A stretch of 55,736 nt of DNA from an uncultured Candidatus Peribacteria bacterium (GTDB lineage Bacteria; Patescibacteriota; Gracilibacteria; UBA1369; LOWO2-01-FULL-3): contig CAZGHH010000003.1 of the NCBI GenBank assembly GCA_964525485.1, forward strand, positions 1 through 55,736, read 5' to 3'. The position numbers were made by a program, and so were the translations under genes. The notes beneath the pieces are model-generated. The model was not told the DNA's origin. It did no database searches and worked only from the letters and a program-made list of their open reading frames with translations. Shown here piece after piece: positions 35,817 to 46,366 of this stretch (position 1 is the stretch's first letter; each line of letters begins with the position of its first letter).

Positions 35817-36665
35817 TTATTCGTAGCGTTGAACCGCTTCTCTTATTTCAGGGAATGCTAAATTAAAATTATTCATCTGTGGCATTTCTCTATTTGTTTT
35901 TGATTTGCACATATAAAGCATAGAATTTCCACCTCCCATTGTGTGACAAGTTCCATTCAGAGACATTTCTCTCAAAGTTTGCCAAAAAAACACGTCTTTT
36001 TCTTGTAGTGCAATTCTCCATCTTTGCGCCATGAATTCTTCCATTGATGGGAATCCAAATAATTCCCTGACTCTTTCTGTTCTTATGTAGGGGCCTTCGA
36101 TGTCCATGTATGCTTCTCCTCCAGGCCTTAGTATTCTTGCAATTTCCGTGATTGCTTCGAAAAATTTTTGGTCGTCCATGTAATTCAATGCTTGCCATGA
36201 AATTACTGCGTCGACCGAGTCATCCGGTAATCCGCTTTGCGCAAAATCTGAATTTATTACTGTTAAATTGTTCGGATTTAGGCCCTCTTTTTCTAATTCT
36301 TCTTTCGTGGGTTCTTTGGCAAAAAGATCAACATTTATACATTTAACTCTGTCTTTTAACATCGGGTGTTTGAGAATACCTCTGGCCGCTTTTGAATAAA
36401 TACCTCCGCCAATATCTAGTATAACTATCTGTCTTCCTGGGTTTTCTTTGATCTTTTTTATTATTAATGCGAGAAATTTATAATTAACCGCTTCATCTAA
36501 TTCTTTAAACTCACGATTTGTTAATTGAATCATGACTTCATCTGATTTTGCGAATGGTATTTTGAAACCGTCTATGTCTATCCATATTGAACCTTCTGTT
36601 ATTTCCCAGTCATCTCTTTCCGGGATATCTGAATATGATTCCACTTGTTTGTCTGATTTATTCAT
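35817..36665 (-). CDS. class I SAM-dependent methyltransferase (small-molecule/protein type)
   Basis: 282 aa. Motif I IVILDIGGGIYS; then DAVISWQALNYM and LRPGGEAYMD. No DPPY/NPPY or PCQ DNA-methyltransferase motifs. Confidence 0.75.
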   Translation of the reverse strand: MNKSDKQVESYSDIPERDDWEITEGSIWIDIDGFKIPFAKSDEVMIQLTNREFKELDEAVNYKFLALIIKKIKENPGRQIVILDIGGGIYSKAARGILKHPMLKDRVKCINVDLFAKEPTKEELEKEGLNPNNLTVINSDFAQSGLPDDSVDAVISWQALNYMDDQKFFEAITEIARILRPGGEAYMDIEGPYIRTERVRELFGFPSMEEFMAQRWRIALQEKDVFFWQTLREMSLNGTCHTMGGGNSMLYMCKSKTNREMPQMNNFNLAFPEIREAVQRYE

Positions 36666-36756
36666 GGATTCGTTTAAAAGAGTGGCATTTTAGAACATTG
36701 TTCTTCTTCTGTCAATACCCTGTTTAACTCGTCAACATTCTGTTTAATTCTTATGT

Positions 36757-39447
36757 CTAAGCCTCGTTTGCTCCACAACATTTTTTGTATTTTTTCCCGC
36801 TACCGCAAGGGCATGGATCGTTGCGTCCGACTTTATTTGAGACGATCTGTCCGGTGTGAGACGATCCCACTACAGAGCCCGAATCGATCGAAGCAGGGGA
36901 ATTTGCTGAGACTTTTATGATCTTTGGTTTTGCGATTACCGCGTTGTTATCTGAAATTGTTCCCGTTAGTGTTGATTCGACTTCGTTTGCGTTTGTCTGA
37001 ATATTTGAAACCTTTGTTTCTTCCGTAACTTTTTGTGCAACTTTTTCCGTCAAGTCGATTTTGAACAATGTATTCACTGTGTTTGTTCTTATCATTCCGA
37101 CCATTTCGTCAAATTTTTGAAACGCTTGACTCTTGTATTCAACCACAGGGTCTCTTTGTCCGTATCCTTGCATTGAAACCGCTTCGCGTAGGTCTTGCAT
37201 TTCATCGATGTGCTCCATCCATAACATATCATTTGATCTCAGGAATACCGCTTTTTCTATGGATCTTAGTATGTTTGCATCTGGTAACTTTTTTTCGATG
37301 TTTTCATATTCTCCGTGTAAAAAATCTTGAGCGATTCTGACGACTTCATTTTCATTTACTTCTTTTTTTAAATCTTCAGGATTGATTTTTTGTTTTGGAT
37401 TTTTTGGAATTGCATTTAATGTATCTACAATTTTTTGAATATCCCATTCTTCTGATGGACGACCACCTGTGTGATTCATTACTATTGTTTCAGCTTCTTC
37501 ATCCATCATTTTTAATATCTCTTCTTTGATGTCTTCGCTCGCGAGGAATTTTTTTCTGCGTGTATATATGATGTCTCTGTGAACGTTCATTACATCGTCG
37601 TATTGAAGGACGTGTTTTCTGACGTCGAAGTGGTGTCCTTCAATTTTCTTTTGAGCGGATTCGATGGAGTTAGAGAGCATACGATTTTCGATCGGCATGT
37701 CTTCCGGCACATTTAAGAATTCCATCATTTTTTTAATACGATCTCCTCCGAAGAGTCGCATAATTGTGTCTTCCATTGAAACATAGAATTGGCTTACACC
37801 AGGATCACCCTGACGTCCTGAACGTCCACGGAGCTGGTTGTCTATACGACGTGATTCGTGTCGTTCCGTGCCAAGTACGTACAATCCTCCCAGTTCGTTC
37901 ACTCCATCTCCCAGCTTAATGTCCGTTCCACGACCTGCCATGTTTGTCGCAATCGTAACGGCGCCACGTCGGCCCGCGTCTTTGACAATCATGGCTTCTT
38001 TTTCGTGATTTTTTGCATTGAGTACGTTGTGAGGGACGCCGAGTTTTTCGAGTAATTGACTCATCACCTCAGATTTTTCAACCGAAATAGTACCAACTAG
38101 AACAGGCTGTCCTTTTTCATGAAGCTCCTTGATTTTTTTAGCCGCCGCAATAAATTTTCCCTGTTGATTTTTGTAAATTACGTCCGGAGTGTCCTGACGA
38201 ACCATTGGGTTGTTGGTCGGAATTTGTATTACATCGAGTCCGTAAATTTGATAAAACTCTTCCTCTTCCGTTTTCGCCGTACCGGTCATGCCTGCGAGGC
38301 GTTTAAACATCCTGAAATAATTTTGGAATGTGATTGTTGCGAGTGTTTTTGATTCGCGATTTACTTCGACGTTTTCTTTTGCTTCGATCGCTTGGTGTAG
38401 GCCGTGTGAATAGCGACGTCCCGGCATTAAACGTCCTGTAAATTCGTCTATTATTATGATTTCGTCCTCTTTTATTAAATAGTCGATGTCTTTTTTATAG
38501 CACGCATGTGCGCGAAGAGCTTGTTCAATGTGATGTACCTCTGAAAATCCTGATTCTGTGTAGATGTTGTCTACGCCAAGTAGCTCCTCCATTTTTTTAA
38601 TTCCGGATTCAGTGAGGGTGGCTGTTTTCATTTTTTCATCAATTTCGTAGTGATCTTTTTCTGTTAATTGACCTATTAGGCGTGAATATTTTTGATATTT
38701 TGCGGTGGATTCTTCTGCTGGCGCTGAGATTATTAATGGAGTTCTGGCTTCGTCGATCAATATAGAGTCGACTTCATCCACGATACAAAAATTGAGTTCT
38801 TTTTGAACCACTTCTTTAATGTCTGTGACCATGTTGTCGCGAAGATAGTCGAAACCAAATTCGTTATTTGTTCCGTATGTGATGTCACATTCGTATGCAG
38901 CTTTTTTGTTTTCAGGTGTTTGATCGTGAATTACGACCCCCACCGTTAACCCCAAGTATTTATATAGTCCGCCCATCCATTCAGAGTCGCGTTGTGCCAA
39001 GTAATCATTTACGGTGACTAGATAAGACCCTTTCCCCTCAAGCGCATTCAAATAAAGTGGCAAAGTACAAACTAGAGTTTTACCTTCACCAGTTTTCATT
39101 TCGGCAATATTTCCTTGATGGAGAACCATACCTCCTAGTAACTGTACGTCGTAGGGGATCATGTCCCATTTAACTTCGTTTCCGCGAACTTCCCATGAGC
39201 GTCCGACCAATCTTCGACACGCGTTCTTTACTAGTGCGAATGCTTCCGGTAATAGATCGTCTACAGACTCGCCGTTTCGTATGCGAGATTTGAATTCGTT
39301 GGTCTTTGCGATAATGTCTTCATCTGATTTAATTTCTGTTTGGTAACGTGCTTCTATTTCATTTATTTGTGTGACTATCGGTCGAAGTCGTTTAATTGTT
39401 TTTTCATTTCGATCTCCTAATATTTTATTAATAAAATCTGTAATCAT
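36757..39447 (-). CDS. secA: preprotein translocase ATPase SecA
   Basis: 896 aa. Motifs MKTGEGKTL and VDEVDSILIDEARTPLIIS. C-terminal zinc motif CPCGSGKKYKKCCG. Confidence 0.95.
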   Translation of the reverse strand: MITDFINKILGDRNEKTIKRLRPIVTQINEIEARYQTEIKSDEDIIAKTNEFKSRIRNGESVDDLLPEAFALVKNACRRLVGRSWEVRGNEVKWDMIPYDVQLLGGMVLHQGNIAEMKTGEGKTLVCTLPLYLNALEGKGSYLVTVNDYLAQRDSEWMGGLYKYLGLTVGVVIHDQTPENKKAAYECDITYGTNNEFGFDYLRDNMVTDIKEVVQKELNFCIVDEVDSILIDEARTPLIISAPAEESTAKYQKYSRLIGQLTEKDHYEIDEKMKTATLTESGIKKMEELLGVDNIYTESGFSEVHHIEQALRAHACYKKDIDYLIKEDEIIIIDEFTGRLMPGRRYSHGLHQAIEAKENVEVNRESKTLATITFQNYFRMFKRLAGMTGTAKTEEEEFYQIYGLDVIQIPTNNPMVRQDTPDVIYKNQQGKFIAAAKKIKELHEKGQPVLVGTISVEKSEVMSQLLEKLGVPHNVLNAKNHEKEAMIVKDAGRRGAVTIATNMAGRGTDIKLGDGVNELGGLYVLGTERHESRRIDNQLRGRSGRQGDPGVSQFYVSMEDTIMRLFGGDRIKKMMEFLNVPEDMPIENRMLSNSIESAQKKIEGHHFDVRKHVLQYDDVMNVHRDIIYTRRKKFLASEDIKEEILKMMDEEAETIVMNHTGGRPSEEWDIQKIVDTLNAIPKNPKQKINPEDLKKEVNENEVVRIAQDFLHGEYENIEKKLPDANILRSIEKAVFLRSNDMLWMEHIDEMQDLREAVSMQGYGQRDPVVEYKSQAFQKFDEMVGMIRTNTVNTLFKIDLTEKVAQKVTEETKVSNIQTNANEVESTLTGTISDNNAVIAKPKIIKVSANSPASIDSGSVVGSSHTGQIVSNKVGRNDPCPCGSGKKYKKCCGANEA

Positions 39448-39500
39448 ATAAATCTTTTAAAAACCTTTATTTAAAGCTCGGGAAGGATAGCACGGTCGAT

Positions 39501-40901
39501 TTATTCTTTATACCCCTTTAATAAAATTGCTATTGTCTTAAATATCAATTTGATGTCTAACCAAATCGACCAATTTTCGATGTAATATCGGTCTAGGCGT
39601 GCTTCTGTTGTGAAGTCCAAATCGGAGCGACCGCTTGTCTGTGGAAGGCCTGTGAGTCCGGGCTTTATGTTCAATACAAATTTCTGGCTTTTTTCGTATT
39701 TTGCGACTTCTTCCGGTAGGTGAGGGCGTGGGCCGACCAGGCTCATGTTTCCGATTATTACATTCCAAAGCTGAGGTAATTCGTCTATTGAATATTTGCG
39801 AATGAATTTTCCTACGCGTGTAACACGTGGATCATTTTGAATCTTTACCAAAGGACCTTCTTTTCTTACATTTTTCTCGAGTAATGCTTTTGAATATCTT
39901 AAGTTGTGCGTGTTGGGATGCATTGAACGGAACTTGTAACATTTGAATAGCTCTCCGTATTGTCCGACTCTTTTCATTGGTGTTCCGTCGTCTTTTTTTG
40001 TGAATAATATAGGGCCACGTGAATCTAGTTTTATCGCGATCGCAGTTATTAAATAAATTGGAGAAAGTATAATTACTCCTGTCGTTGCTCCTATGAGATC
40101 CATTATTCTTTTTGCGAATTTTCCCCAGCCGTCCAAAGGTGTTTTTTTGAGTGTAATTATTGGAAGCGCCCCCATTGTTTCTATTTCGATATTAGTTCTT
40201 TGTACTTCAAAAATTCCCGGAACAAAACTGTATTCAACGTGATTGTAATTGCAAAATTCCAAGATATCTTTTTTTGACTGAGTTTGTATTATTTCATCGA
40301 AGTGTTTTTCCTCTAAAAGGTTTTCGAGTTTGTTTGCGGTTTCTTCGGTATATTCCATTACATCTACTATTTCGAAAGTCTTATCTCTTGTTAAAGAATT
40401 TTCTATTTCTTTTGCGATTTGTCCTTTTCCGATTATCACTATTTTTCTTTTTCCTACGCCGTGTTTGAGAGTTATTTTTTGAATTATTCTGATTGTTATT
40501 CTTCCTGCAAATATTACTAGAATTGTTAATAGCCAGCTGTATAGCATAGCAAGTCTCGAGAATGGGAACTCTCTTGCCGCAAAGAAATACATTATTATTA
40601 ATGCTATCCATACGACGCTTAGTCCGACTATTTTCTGAAGTTCTTTTGTGAATTTATACGAGACTTTTAATGTGTACATTTTGCCTATGCCAAAAACGAT
40701 TATCAGACCAAGGGCTACGTATATACTGAAGTGAAAATATTCTTTTATTGTTGGAAGAATTGAAAAGTCGATTGGTTTTGCGAATCCCGGGATCGGTTCC
40801 GTTTGGAGTCTTAATTTATACGCAATCAAAAATGCGATTATCGTTGCTACGAAATCGAATGTAACTTTTAGTACGCCGAAAAAAATCTCCGATTTTTTCA
40901 T
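39501..40901 (-). CDS. polyprenyl-phosphate sugar phosphotransferase (WbaP/exopolysaccharide priming enzyme family)
   Basis: 466 aa. N-terminal TM helices. C-terminal Bac_transf domain PILFTK...YKFRSM...DELPQLWNVIIGNMSLVGPRP. Confidence 0.85.
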   Translation of the reverse strand: MKKSEIFFGVLKVTFDFVATIIAFLIAYKLRLQTEPIPGFAKPIDFSILPTIKEYFHFSIYVALGLIIVFGIGKMYTLKVSYKFTKELQKIVGLSVVWIALIIMYFFAAREFPFSRLAMLYSWLLTILVIFAGRITIRIIQKITLKHGVGKRKIVIIGKGQIAKEIENSLTRDKTFEIVDVMEYTEETANKLENLLEEKHFDEIIQTQSKKDILEFCNYNHVEYSFVPGIFEVQRTNIEIETMGALPIITLKKTPLDGWGKFAKRIMDLIGATTGVIILSPIYLITAIAIKLDSRGPILFTKKDDGTPMKRVGQYGELFKCYKFRSMHPNTHNLRYSKALLEKNVRKEGPLVKIQNDPRVTRVGKFIRKYSIDELPQLWNVIIGNMSLVGPRPHLPEEVAKYEKSQKFVLNIKPGLTGLPQTSGRSDLDFTTEARLDRYYIENWSIWLDIKLIFKTIAILLKGYKE

Positions 40902-40921
40902 GTTTGTATTTTAAAGCTCTT

Positions 40922-41418
40922 TGACGAAGTTGATAAGCCGGATTTTGTTTGAGCAGATTTTGAGGTTGGTGCCAATCTTCTTTTGAGGGGAGATTGGCAG
41001 GCCTTTGGTCTGCCTAGCGATCATCTGTCTTAAAAGAAATTTTTTGCCATGAAGCAATAATTTTTCTATTAGCGGTGAGAGAATAGAGTCGCAATTGGGA
41101 TCGACTGTATCCTTCCATCTCACCTTGCACCAGATAGGGTTTACCGACAAGGGCGCTTAAACGCGCCCTTATTCTTGCTTTATCTTTTTGCTTGCGCATT
41201 GAGATTTGCAAGACTTTTCACCTTTTACTTCGACTTGCTTCCTTGCGGTTGCAATTGAAATTAGTATTGTCTCTGTGGCACTTTCCCTCCGCGTATTTTA
41301 TCTGTTATATACGCGTGCTCCGTCGAAAACGGAGTATCCTTCCCGTGGTGTCCGGACTTTCCTCGAACTCTAAGAATTCCTTTCGGTTATCTCAAGTTCG
41401 CGATCACGTCAACTTTAA
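40922..41418 (-). ncRNA. rnpB: RNase P RNA (bacterial type A), ends approximate to about 20 nt
   Basis: The minus strand carries GAGGAAAGUCCGGAC (P4 5' strand, CR-I; forward 41350-41366 region), GGUAAACCC..UGGUGCAAGGUGAGAUGG, AGAUGAUCGC and ACAAAAUCCGGCUUAUC (P4 3' strand). Hand-foldable helices: P1 (AAGUUGA/UCAACUU), P2 (GUGAUCG/UGAUCGC) and P3 (CGAACU/AGUUCG). Confidence 0.9.
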
Positions 41419-41443
41419 GTCAAAGAGCGTGGGGATTATACAT

Positions 41444-41480
41444 AAAAAAGCCCTTTCTGACAAGGATAAAGGGCTCTTTT
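41444..41480 (-). terminator. Rho-independent terminator after the TPR gene
   Basis: Minus strand: AGCCCUUU-AUCCUUGUCAGA-AAGGGCU followed by UUUUUU, about 25 nt after the stop at 41505. Confidence 0.7.
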
Positions 41481-41504
41481 GACTTTATATATTTATACTT
41501 ATTT

Positions 41505-42104
41505 TTACGCTGCGTGTTTTTTATTCAATTTTTCATATTCTCTCTTGAAAAATTGGACTGCGTTTAGGCATTCTTTTGCCTTTTCGTTATTTGGCTCGAT
41601 TGTTAGAGTTTTCTTGAATAAATCAGAGGCTTTTTCAAAGTTTTTGTTGTTTAAATAGCAAACTCCAAGGTCGTTCAAAATCAAAGGATCACGTGGAGCT
41701 AACTGCAAGGATCTTTCCAAGATAACAATTCCTCGGACTTTTTGTCCGTTGTGGTACATTGACCATCCCATGCATCTCAAAATTTCCGGATGATTAGGAT
41801 AAAGACTGTCAGCAGATTCCAATAATGTTACTGAAGTTTCGAATTCGCCAACACAGGAGTGTACAAATCCCAATAAATAATGAGCATTTGCACTTTTTGG
41901 ATTCAATTTAACAGCTTGCTTGAGAGCTTTCTGTGCTTTTTCGTATTCTCTCAAAGATAGGTAATTGTCTCCGATCTCTTCGTATGCTTCGACGCATTTG
42001 AGATCGTTCAAGAGGATTCGTTCGCAAAGATTGATCGCGTCCAAGTGACGGCCGTCATTTTTGTATTGCTCTGCTTCCTCTATCAAAGGATGTGTTTGTC
42101 TCAT
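41505..42104 (-). CDS. tetratricopeptide (TPR) repeat protein
   Basis: 199 aa. About five 34-aa repeats with the A..Y..G / A...F..AL..P pattern. Confidence 0.8.
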   Translation of the reverse strand: MRQTHPLIEEAEQYKNDGRHLDAINLCERILLNDLKCVEAYEEIGDNYLSLREYEKAQKALKQAVKLNPKSANAHYLLGFVHSCVGEFETSVTLLESADSLYPNHPEILRCMGWSMYHNGQKVRGIVILERSLQLAPRDPLILNDLGVCYLNNKNFEKASDLFKKTLTIEPNNEKAKECLNAVQFFKREYEKLNKKHAA

Positions 42105-42298
42105 TTTATTTTTGTTTTTATTTTTTTGTTTTTGTTTATGCGGAGATTTGAGATTGAGTGTGTACTCTGTGAGTGAATGCTGTTCAAGAAAATCAGGACA
42201 TATTACTACAAATCAACAGGTTAGACAATAGAGAGGTGTTGATGAAAACACAAAAAGTGTCGTAATTTCTGATGAATTTAGTTCTGGATTTGAGGAGT

Positions 42299-43114
42299 CT
42301 AAATCTCTGATATTGCTTTTTTGTAGCCTTCCAACGTCCCTGTGTCATATCTTTTACCGGACATGGTTTGGGCGAAGATTTTTTGTGTTTTTTTGAGTTC
42401 TCTGAATCCGTCTATTAGGCGTAGTTCGCCGCCGTGGCTTTTTGAACCGTCTTTAATTGCTTCGAGGATTTCTTTTGTGACGACGTATTTGCCGATGATA
42501 CCGAATAAAGAAGGAGCTTTTGCAGGGAGAGGTTTTTCCACCATGTCTTCGATTTCAAAAAGCTGAGATGATTTGTTTAATAAAGCAGGGGAATTCTTTT
42601 TTGGTTTTACTATCCCATAGTTTTTTGTCTGTTCTTTCTTGATTTTTTCCAGTCCGATCACGCAAGATTTTGTTTTTTTGAACGTGTTTATGAGTTCTTT
42701 CAGACCTGTTAAAGGCATGACAATGTCATCACCAAAAAGTACTGCAAAAGATTCTCCTTTTACAAATTTTTTTGCTTGTAGAATTGCATGTCCGTCGCCT
42801 AAGGGATGAGTTTGAAATGCATAATGAATTTTGATTTTTTTCAGGAGAGAATTGAGTTCTTTCAATTGCGGATTTTCTCCTTTTTTTAAAATTTTTTCTG
42901 TGATTTTTGTCGTTTGCGCAAAATAATCTTTAATAACTTTTTCTTTTTCTTTATTTATTACCAAAATTGCTTCATTGCATCCCGCATTAACAGCTTCTTC
43001 CAACAATATATGTATTATCGGTTTGCCGTTGATAGGCAACATTTCTTTTGGAATAACTTTTGTTACCGGCAAAAATCTCGTGCCAAGTCCTGCGATTGGA
43101 ATTACTACTTTCAT
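42299..43114 (-). CDS. galU: UTP--glucose-1-phosphate uridylyltransferase
   Basis: 271 aa. N-terminal KVVIPIAGLGTRFLPVTKVIPKEMLPI. Confidence 0.9.
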   Translation of the reverse strand: MKVVIPIAGLGTRFLPVTKVIPKEMLPINGKPIIHILLEEAVNAGCNEAILVINKEKEKVIKDYFAQTTKITEKILKKGENPQLKELNSLLKKIKIHYAFQTHPLGDGHAILQAKKFVKGESFAVLFGDDIVMPLTGLKELINTFKKTKSCVIGLEKIKKEQTKNYGIVKPKKNSPALLNKSSQLFEIEDMVEKPLPAKAPSLFGIIGKYVVTKEILEAIKDGSKSHGGELRLIDGFRELKKTQKIFAQTMSGKRYDTGTLEGYKKAISEI

Positions 43115-43456
43115 TTATTTTTCTTCGTTAATTTTTACAACTTTGCTTTTGTCGGTTGTAAGTCTTGGGATTTTTATTTCCAGAATATTATTCTTTGAAT
43201 TAGCGACTATTTCTCGTGGATTGCAGTTTTTCGGTAATACTATTGAACGACTGAATTTTCCCCAAAAACACTCTTTTGTCAGGAAATCTTTTTCTTCGAC
43301 TTCATATGGAGGAAGGCGCTCACCTTTGATAGTCAATACATCATCTGTGACTGTGACTGTGACATCACGCGTCGCAGTTCCCGCTATTGGCGCCAGTATT
43401 ATTATTGAATCCTGTGTTTGGATTATATCTAGCGATAATTGACCGATCTCTTCCAT
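43115..43456 (-). CDS. Hsp20/alpha-crystallin small heat-shock protein
   Basis: 113 aa. Alpha-crystallin domain DVTVTVTDDVLTIKGER...GKFSRSIVLP...ILEIKIPR. Confidence 0.85.
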   Translation of the reverse strand: MEEIGQLSLDIIQTQDSIIILAPIAGTATRDVTVTVTDDVLTIKGERLPPYEVEEKDFLTKECFWGKFSRSIVLPKNCNPREIVANSKNNILEIKIPRLTTDKSKVVKINEEK

Positions 43457-43467
43457 AATAGACTGGT

Positions 43468-45324
43468 TTATATAATTTTTTCAGGGACCTTTGTTTCTTT
43501 GAAGTACTCTTTGAATTCTTCATCGCTCAGGGTCTCTTTTTTTATTAAATCTATCGAAATTTTTTCAACCAATGCTTTTTGTTTTTTCAAAATTTCTTCA
43601 GTTCTTTTGTATGCTTTGTCTATGAATTTTCTGATGTGTTTGTCTATTTCCGCTGCGACTTCTTCGGAATAATTTCGTACATGTCCGAAATCTTTTCCGA
43701 GGAAAACTTCGTGATTTGAATCACCGAAAATCACAGGACCCAAGTCCGACATTCCGTATACCGTGACCATGTTTCGTGCGAGTGTGGTAGCTCGTTCCAG
43801 ATCGTTTGATGCGCCTGTGGTGACTTCTCCAAATGTCAATTTTTCGGAAACATATCCTCCCAAAAGTGAGCAAATTTCATCCTCGAATTTTTGTTTTGAA
43901 TGTAAGTGTTTGTCTTCTTCAGGCATGAACCAAGTTGATCCTAAAGACATCCCTCTAGAAATAATTGAGATTTTTCTGACAGGATCACATCCCGGCAGCA
44001 TATGTCCTACGACAGCGTGTCCGACTTCGTGATACGCTGTGATTTCTTTTTCTCTTTTTGAAAGAATACGTGATTTGCGTTCAGGTCCCATTAAAACTTT
44101 TTCTATCGATTGTTCTATGTCCTCCAATGCAATTTTTTTCTTGTTTTCTTTGGCCGCCAATATAGCCGCTTCATTTAATAAGTTTTCCAAATCCGCTCCT
44201 GTAAATCCCGGAGTTTGTCGTGCTATTCGGTCCATTTTTACTGATGGTGCCAATGGTTTGTTTCTTGAATGTACGTCTAGTATTTCTTCACGTGCTTTCA
44301 AATCCGGAGCGTCTACTATTACACGTCTATCAAATCTTCCAGGGCGAAGTAATGCAGGATCCAATACGTCCGGACGATTTGTTGCCGCCATTACGATTAC
44401 ATTTGTGCCTTTTTCAAATCCATCCATTTCACTCAAAATTTGATTTAAAGTTTGTTCTCTTTCGTCGTGTCCGCCTCCAAGGCCGGCCCCGCGATGTCGT
44501 CCGACTGCGTCAATTTCATCTATAAAAATAATACATGGCGAATTCCTTTTCGCTTTTTTAAATAAGTCGCGTACACGTGACGCGCCGACACCTACGAACA
44601 TTTCTACAAATTCCGAACCTGAAATGTTGAAAAATGGAACATCAGCTTCTCCCGCTACCGCTCTTGCAAGAAGAGTTTTTCCTGTTCCAGGAGGGCCTAC
44701 GAGTAAAACTCCTTTTGGAATTTTTGCGCCCATTGAAGTGTATTTTGTCGGATGTTTTAAGAAATCAACAATTTCTTCTAGTTCGCCTTTTGCTTCCGGA
44801 GCTCCTGCTACATCTGCGAATGTTGTTTTGTTTTTTTCCTTGTCATAAACCTGCGCTTTTGACTTGCCAAAGCCCATTGCTTGATTGTTTGCGCTCTGCG
44901 CGGATCTCATCATAAATACAAAAAATCCTACTATTAATAAAAAGGGGACGATTCCGATAAGCAGGTCGGTCCAAAATTTATTTCCTTCCGTGTTTTCGAT
45001 CACGATTGGGAGTGAACCAAGTGTTGTTTTGTCCACACCTGTTTTTTCGAGCAGTGAATATATGTCCGCTGTAGCTTCTTTGTATGTGTATTGTTTTTGT
45101 CCGTCTCGCAATTCCAGATTGATTTTGTTGTCTGCAATCGTGATTTGTTGGACCATTCCGGCTTTCACTTCTTCAACAACTTTATTTAGAGTTACTTGTT
45201 GAATTTGTGATTCTCCTTGACTTGATATCAGTAAAAAAGCCGTGATCGCAAGTGCTATAACTATCAAAAAAGTGAAACTGCTTTTTTGTCTGTTTGGTTG
45301 TGGTATTTTTCCGAACATTGCCAT
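43468..45324 (-). CDS. ftsH: ATP-dependent zinc metalloprotease FtsH
   Basis: 618 aa. Walker [12 protein letters not shown]; Walker [13 protein letters not shown] region [20 protein letters not shown]. Zinc site HEVGHAV. Confidence 0.95.
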   Translation of the reverse strand: MAMFGKIPQPNRQKSSFTFLIVIALAITAFLLISSQGESQIQQVTLNKVVEEVKAGMVQQITIADNKINLELRDGQKQYTYKEATADIYSLLEKTGVDKTTLGSLPIVIENTEGNKFWTDLLIGIVPFLLIVGFFVFMMRSAQSANNQAMGFGKSKAQVYDKEKNKTTFADVAGAPEAKGELEEIVDFLKHPTKYTSMGAKIPKGVLLVGPPGTGKTLLARAVAGEADVPFFNISGSEFVEMFVGVGASRVRDLFKKAKRNSPCIIFIDEIDAVGRHRGAGLGGGHDEREQTLNQILSEMDGFEKGTNVIVMAATNRPDVLDPALLRPGRFDRRVIVDAPDLKAREEILDVHSRNKPLAPSVKMDRIARQTPGFTGADLENLLNEAAILAAKENKKKIALEDIEQSIEKVLMGPERKSRILSKREKEITAYHEVGHAVVGHMLPGCDPVRKISIISRGMSLGSTWFMPEEDKHLHSKQKFEDEICSLLGGYVSEKLTFGEVTTGASNDLERATTLARNMVTVYGMSDLGPVIFGDSNHEVFLGKDFGHVRNYSEEVAAEIDKHIRKFIDKAYKRTEEILKKQKALVEKISIDLIKKETLSDEEFKEYFKETKVPEKII

Positions 45325-45357
45325 TTATTTTTGGGTCAAAATTATATGAATGATATT

Positions 45358-46353
45358 TTACTTGCTAAATATAAACCTTCCTTGCTTTATTTCAACTATA
45401 TATCTGCCAAGTTTCTTTTTTTTGCCTCCTATATTTCGTTCGATAACTTCGATGACTTCCTCAACGTGTTTGTTTTCAATATTTTTTGTTTCACCAACCA
45501 TCTCTTGATATATGGTTAAAATTATCTGTTTTTTTAATGCTAAAGGAAGCGGAGTGAATGATTTTATATGGTAAGATTTTTTTGCGTCTCTGTGTTTTCT
45601 TATCCATTTTTGAGCTTCCAAATGTATGTAGTTGTGTAGATCTTCGAATGTTTTTGCATTTTTCAGTACGGTTTGAGAGAGATTTGGATTTAATGTTTTT
45701 ATTACAGGAATTACTTTGTGTCGGAGGAAATTTCTCGTGATCGTCGTGTCCATGTTGGAACGGTCGATTCTGTATTTGATTTTTTTTGAATTCATAAAAT
45801 CCATTATCTCTTCTTTTGATACGCAAAGTAGTGGGCGGAATATACGAAGGCCTGATTTTTTCTTTGTTGAAATTTTCATTCCAGCTAGTCCTTTTACAGA
45901 AGCACCTCTTATCAAGTTCAGCAAAATTGTTTCCAAATTATCATCGCTGTGGTGTGCTGTTATGCAAAAGTCGGCTTTGAATTCTTTAAATAATTTCTCG
46001 AAAAAATTGTATCGAATTTCTCTGCCTGATTCTTCTACCGATGATTTAGTTGTTTTGGAAAGTGCTTCAACATCTATTTTTTCCAGTTCGAATTGTATGG
46101 CGTTTTTCTTGCATAAACTTTCAACAAATTTCATGTCTTCTTCCGCTTCTTTACCGCGGAGCATGTGATTTACATGAGCGACTATGATTTTAAATTTTTT
46201 GTGATGGCTGTTGAATTTCAAAAGACAATTAAGTAAAAATATCGAATCCGGTCCTCCGGATACTCCTATCACGATAGTTTCGGTGCCTTTGAGATTTCTT
46301 TTTATGATTTCAAGGACTTTTTCTTCCGCGTTTTTATGATGATTTCTTGGCAT
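45358..46353 (-). CDS. tilS: tRNA(Ile)-lysidine synthetase
   Basis: 331 aa. PP-loop VIGVSGGPDSIFL. Canonical position upstream of ftsH. Confidence 0.9.
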   Translation of the reverse strand: MPRNHHKNAEEKVLEIIKRNLKGTETIVIGVSGGPDSIFLLNCLLKFNSHHKKFKIIVAHVNHMLRGKEAEEDMKFVESLCKKNAIQFELEKIDVEALSKTTKSSVEESGREIRYNFFEKLFKEFKADFCITAHHSDDNLETILLNLIRGASVKGLAGMKISTKKKSGLRIFRPLLCVSKEEIMDFMNSKKIKYRIDRSNMDTTITRNFLRHKVIPVIKTLNPNLSQTVLKNAKTFEDLHNYIHLEAQKWIRKHRDAKKSYHIKSFTPLPLALKKQIILTIYQEMVGETKNIENKHVEEVIEVIERNIGGKKKKLGRYIVEIKQGRFIFSK

Positions 46354-46366
46354 TTTATTTAATGAA

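Noticed and set aside
40911-41482. Three ORF-track ORFs (40911..41150 -, 41014..41211 -, 41192..41482 +) in the apparent gap between the sugar transferase and the TPR gene
   Set aside because: The whole interval is occupied by RNase P RNA, whose conserved CR-I/CR-V blocks and helices are present. The ORFs have no protein-like features.
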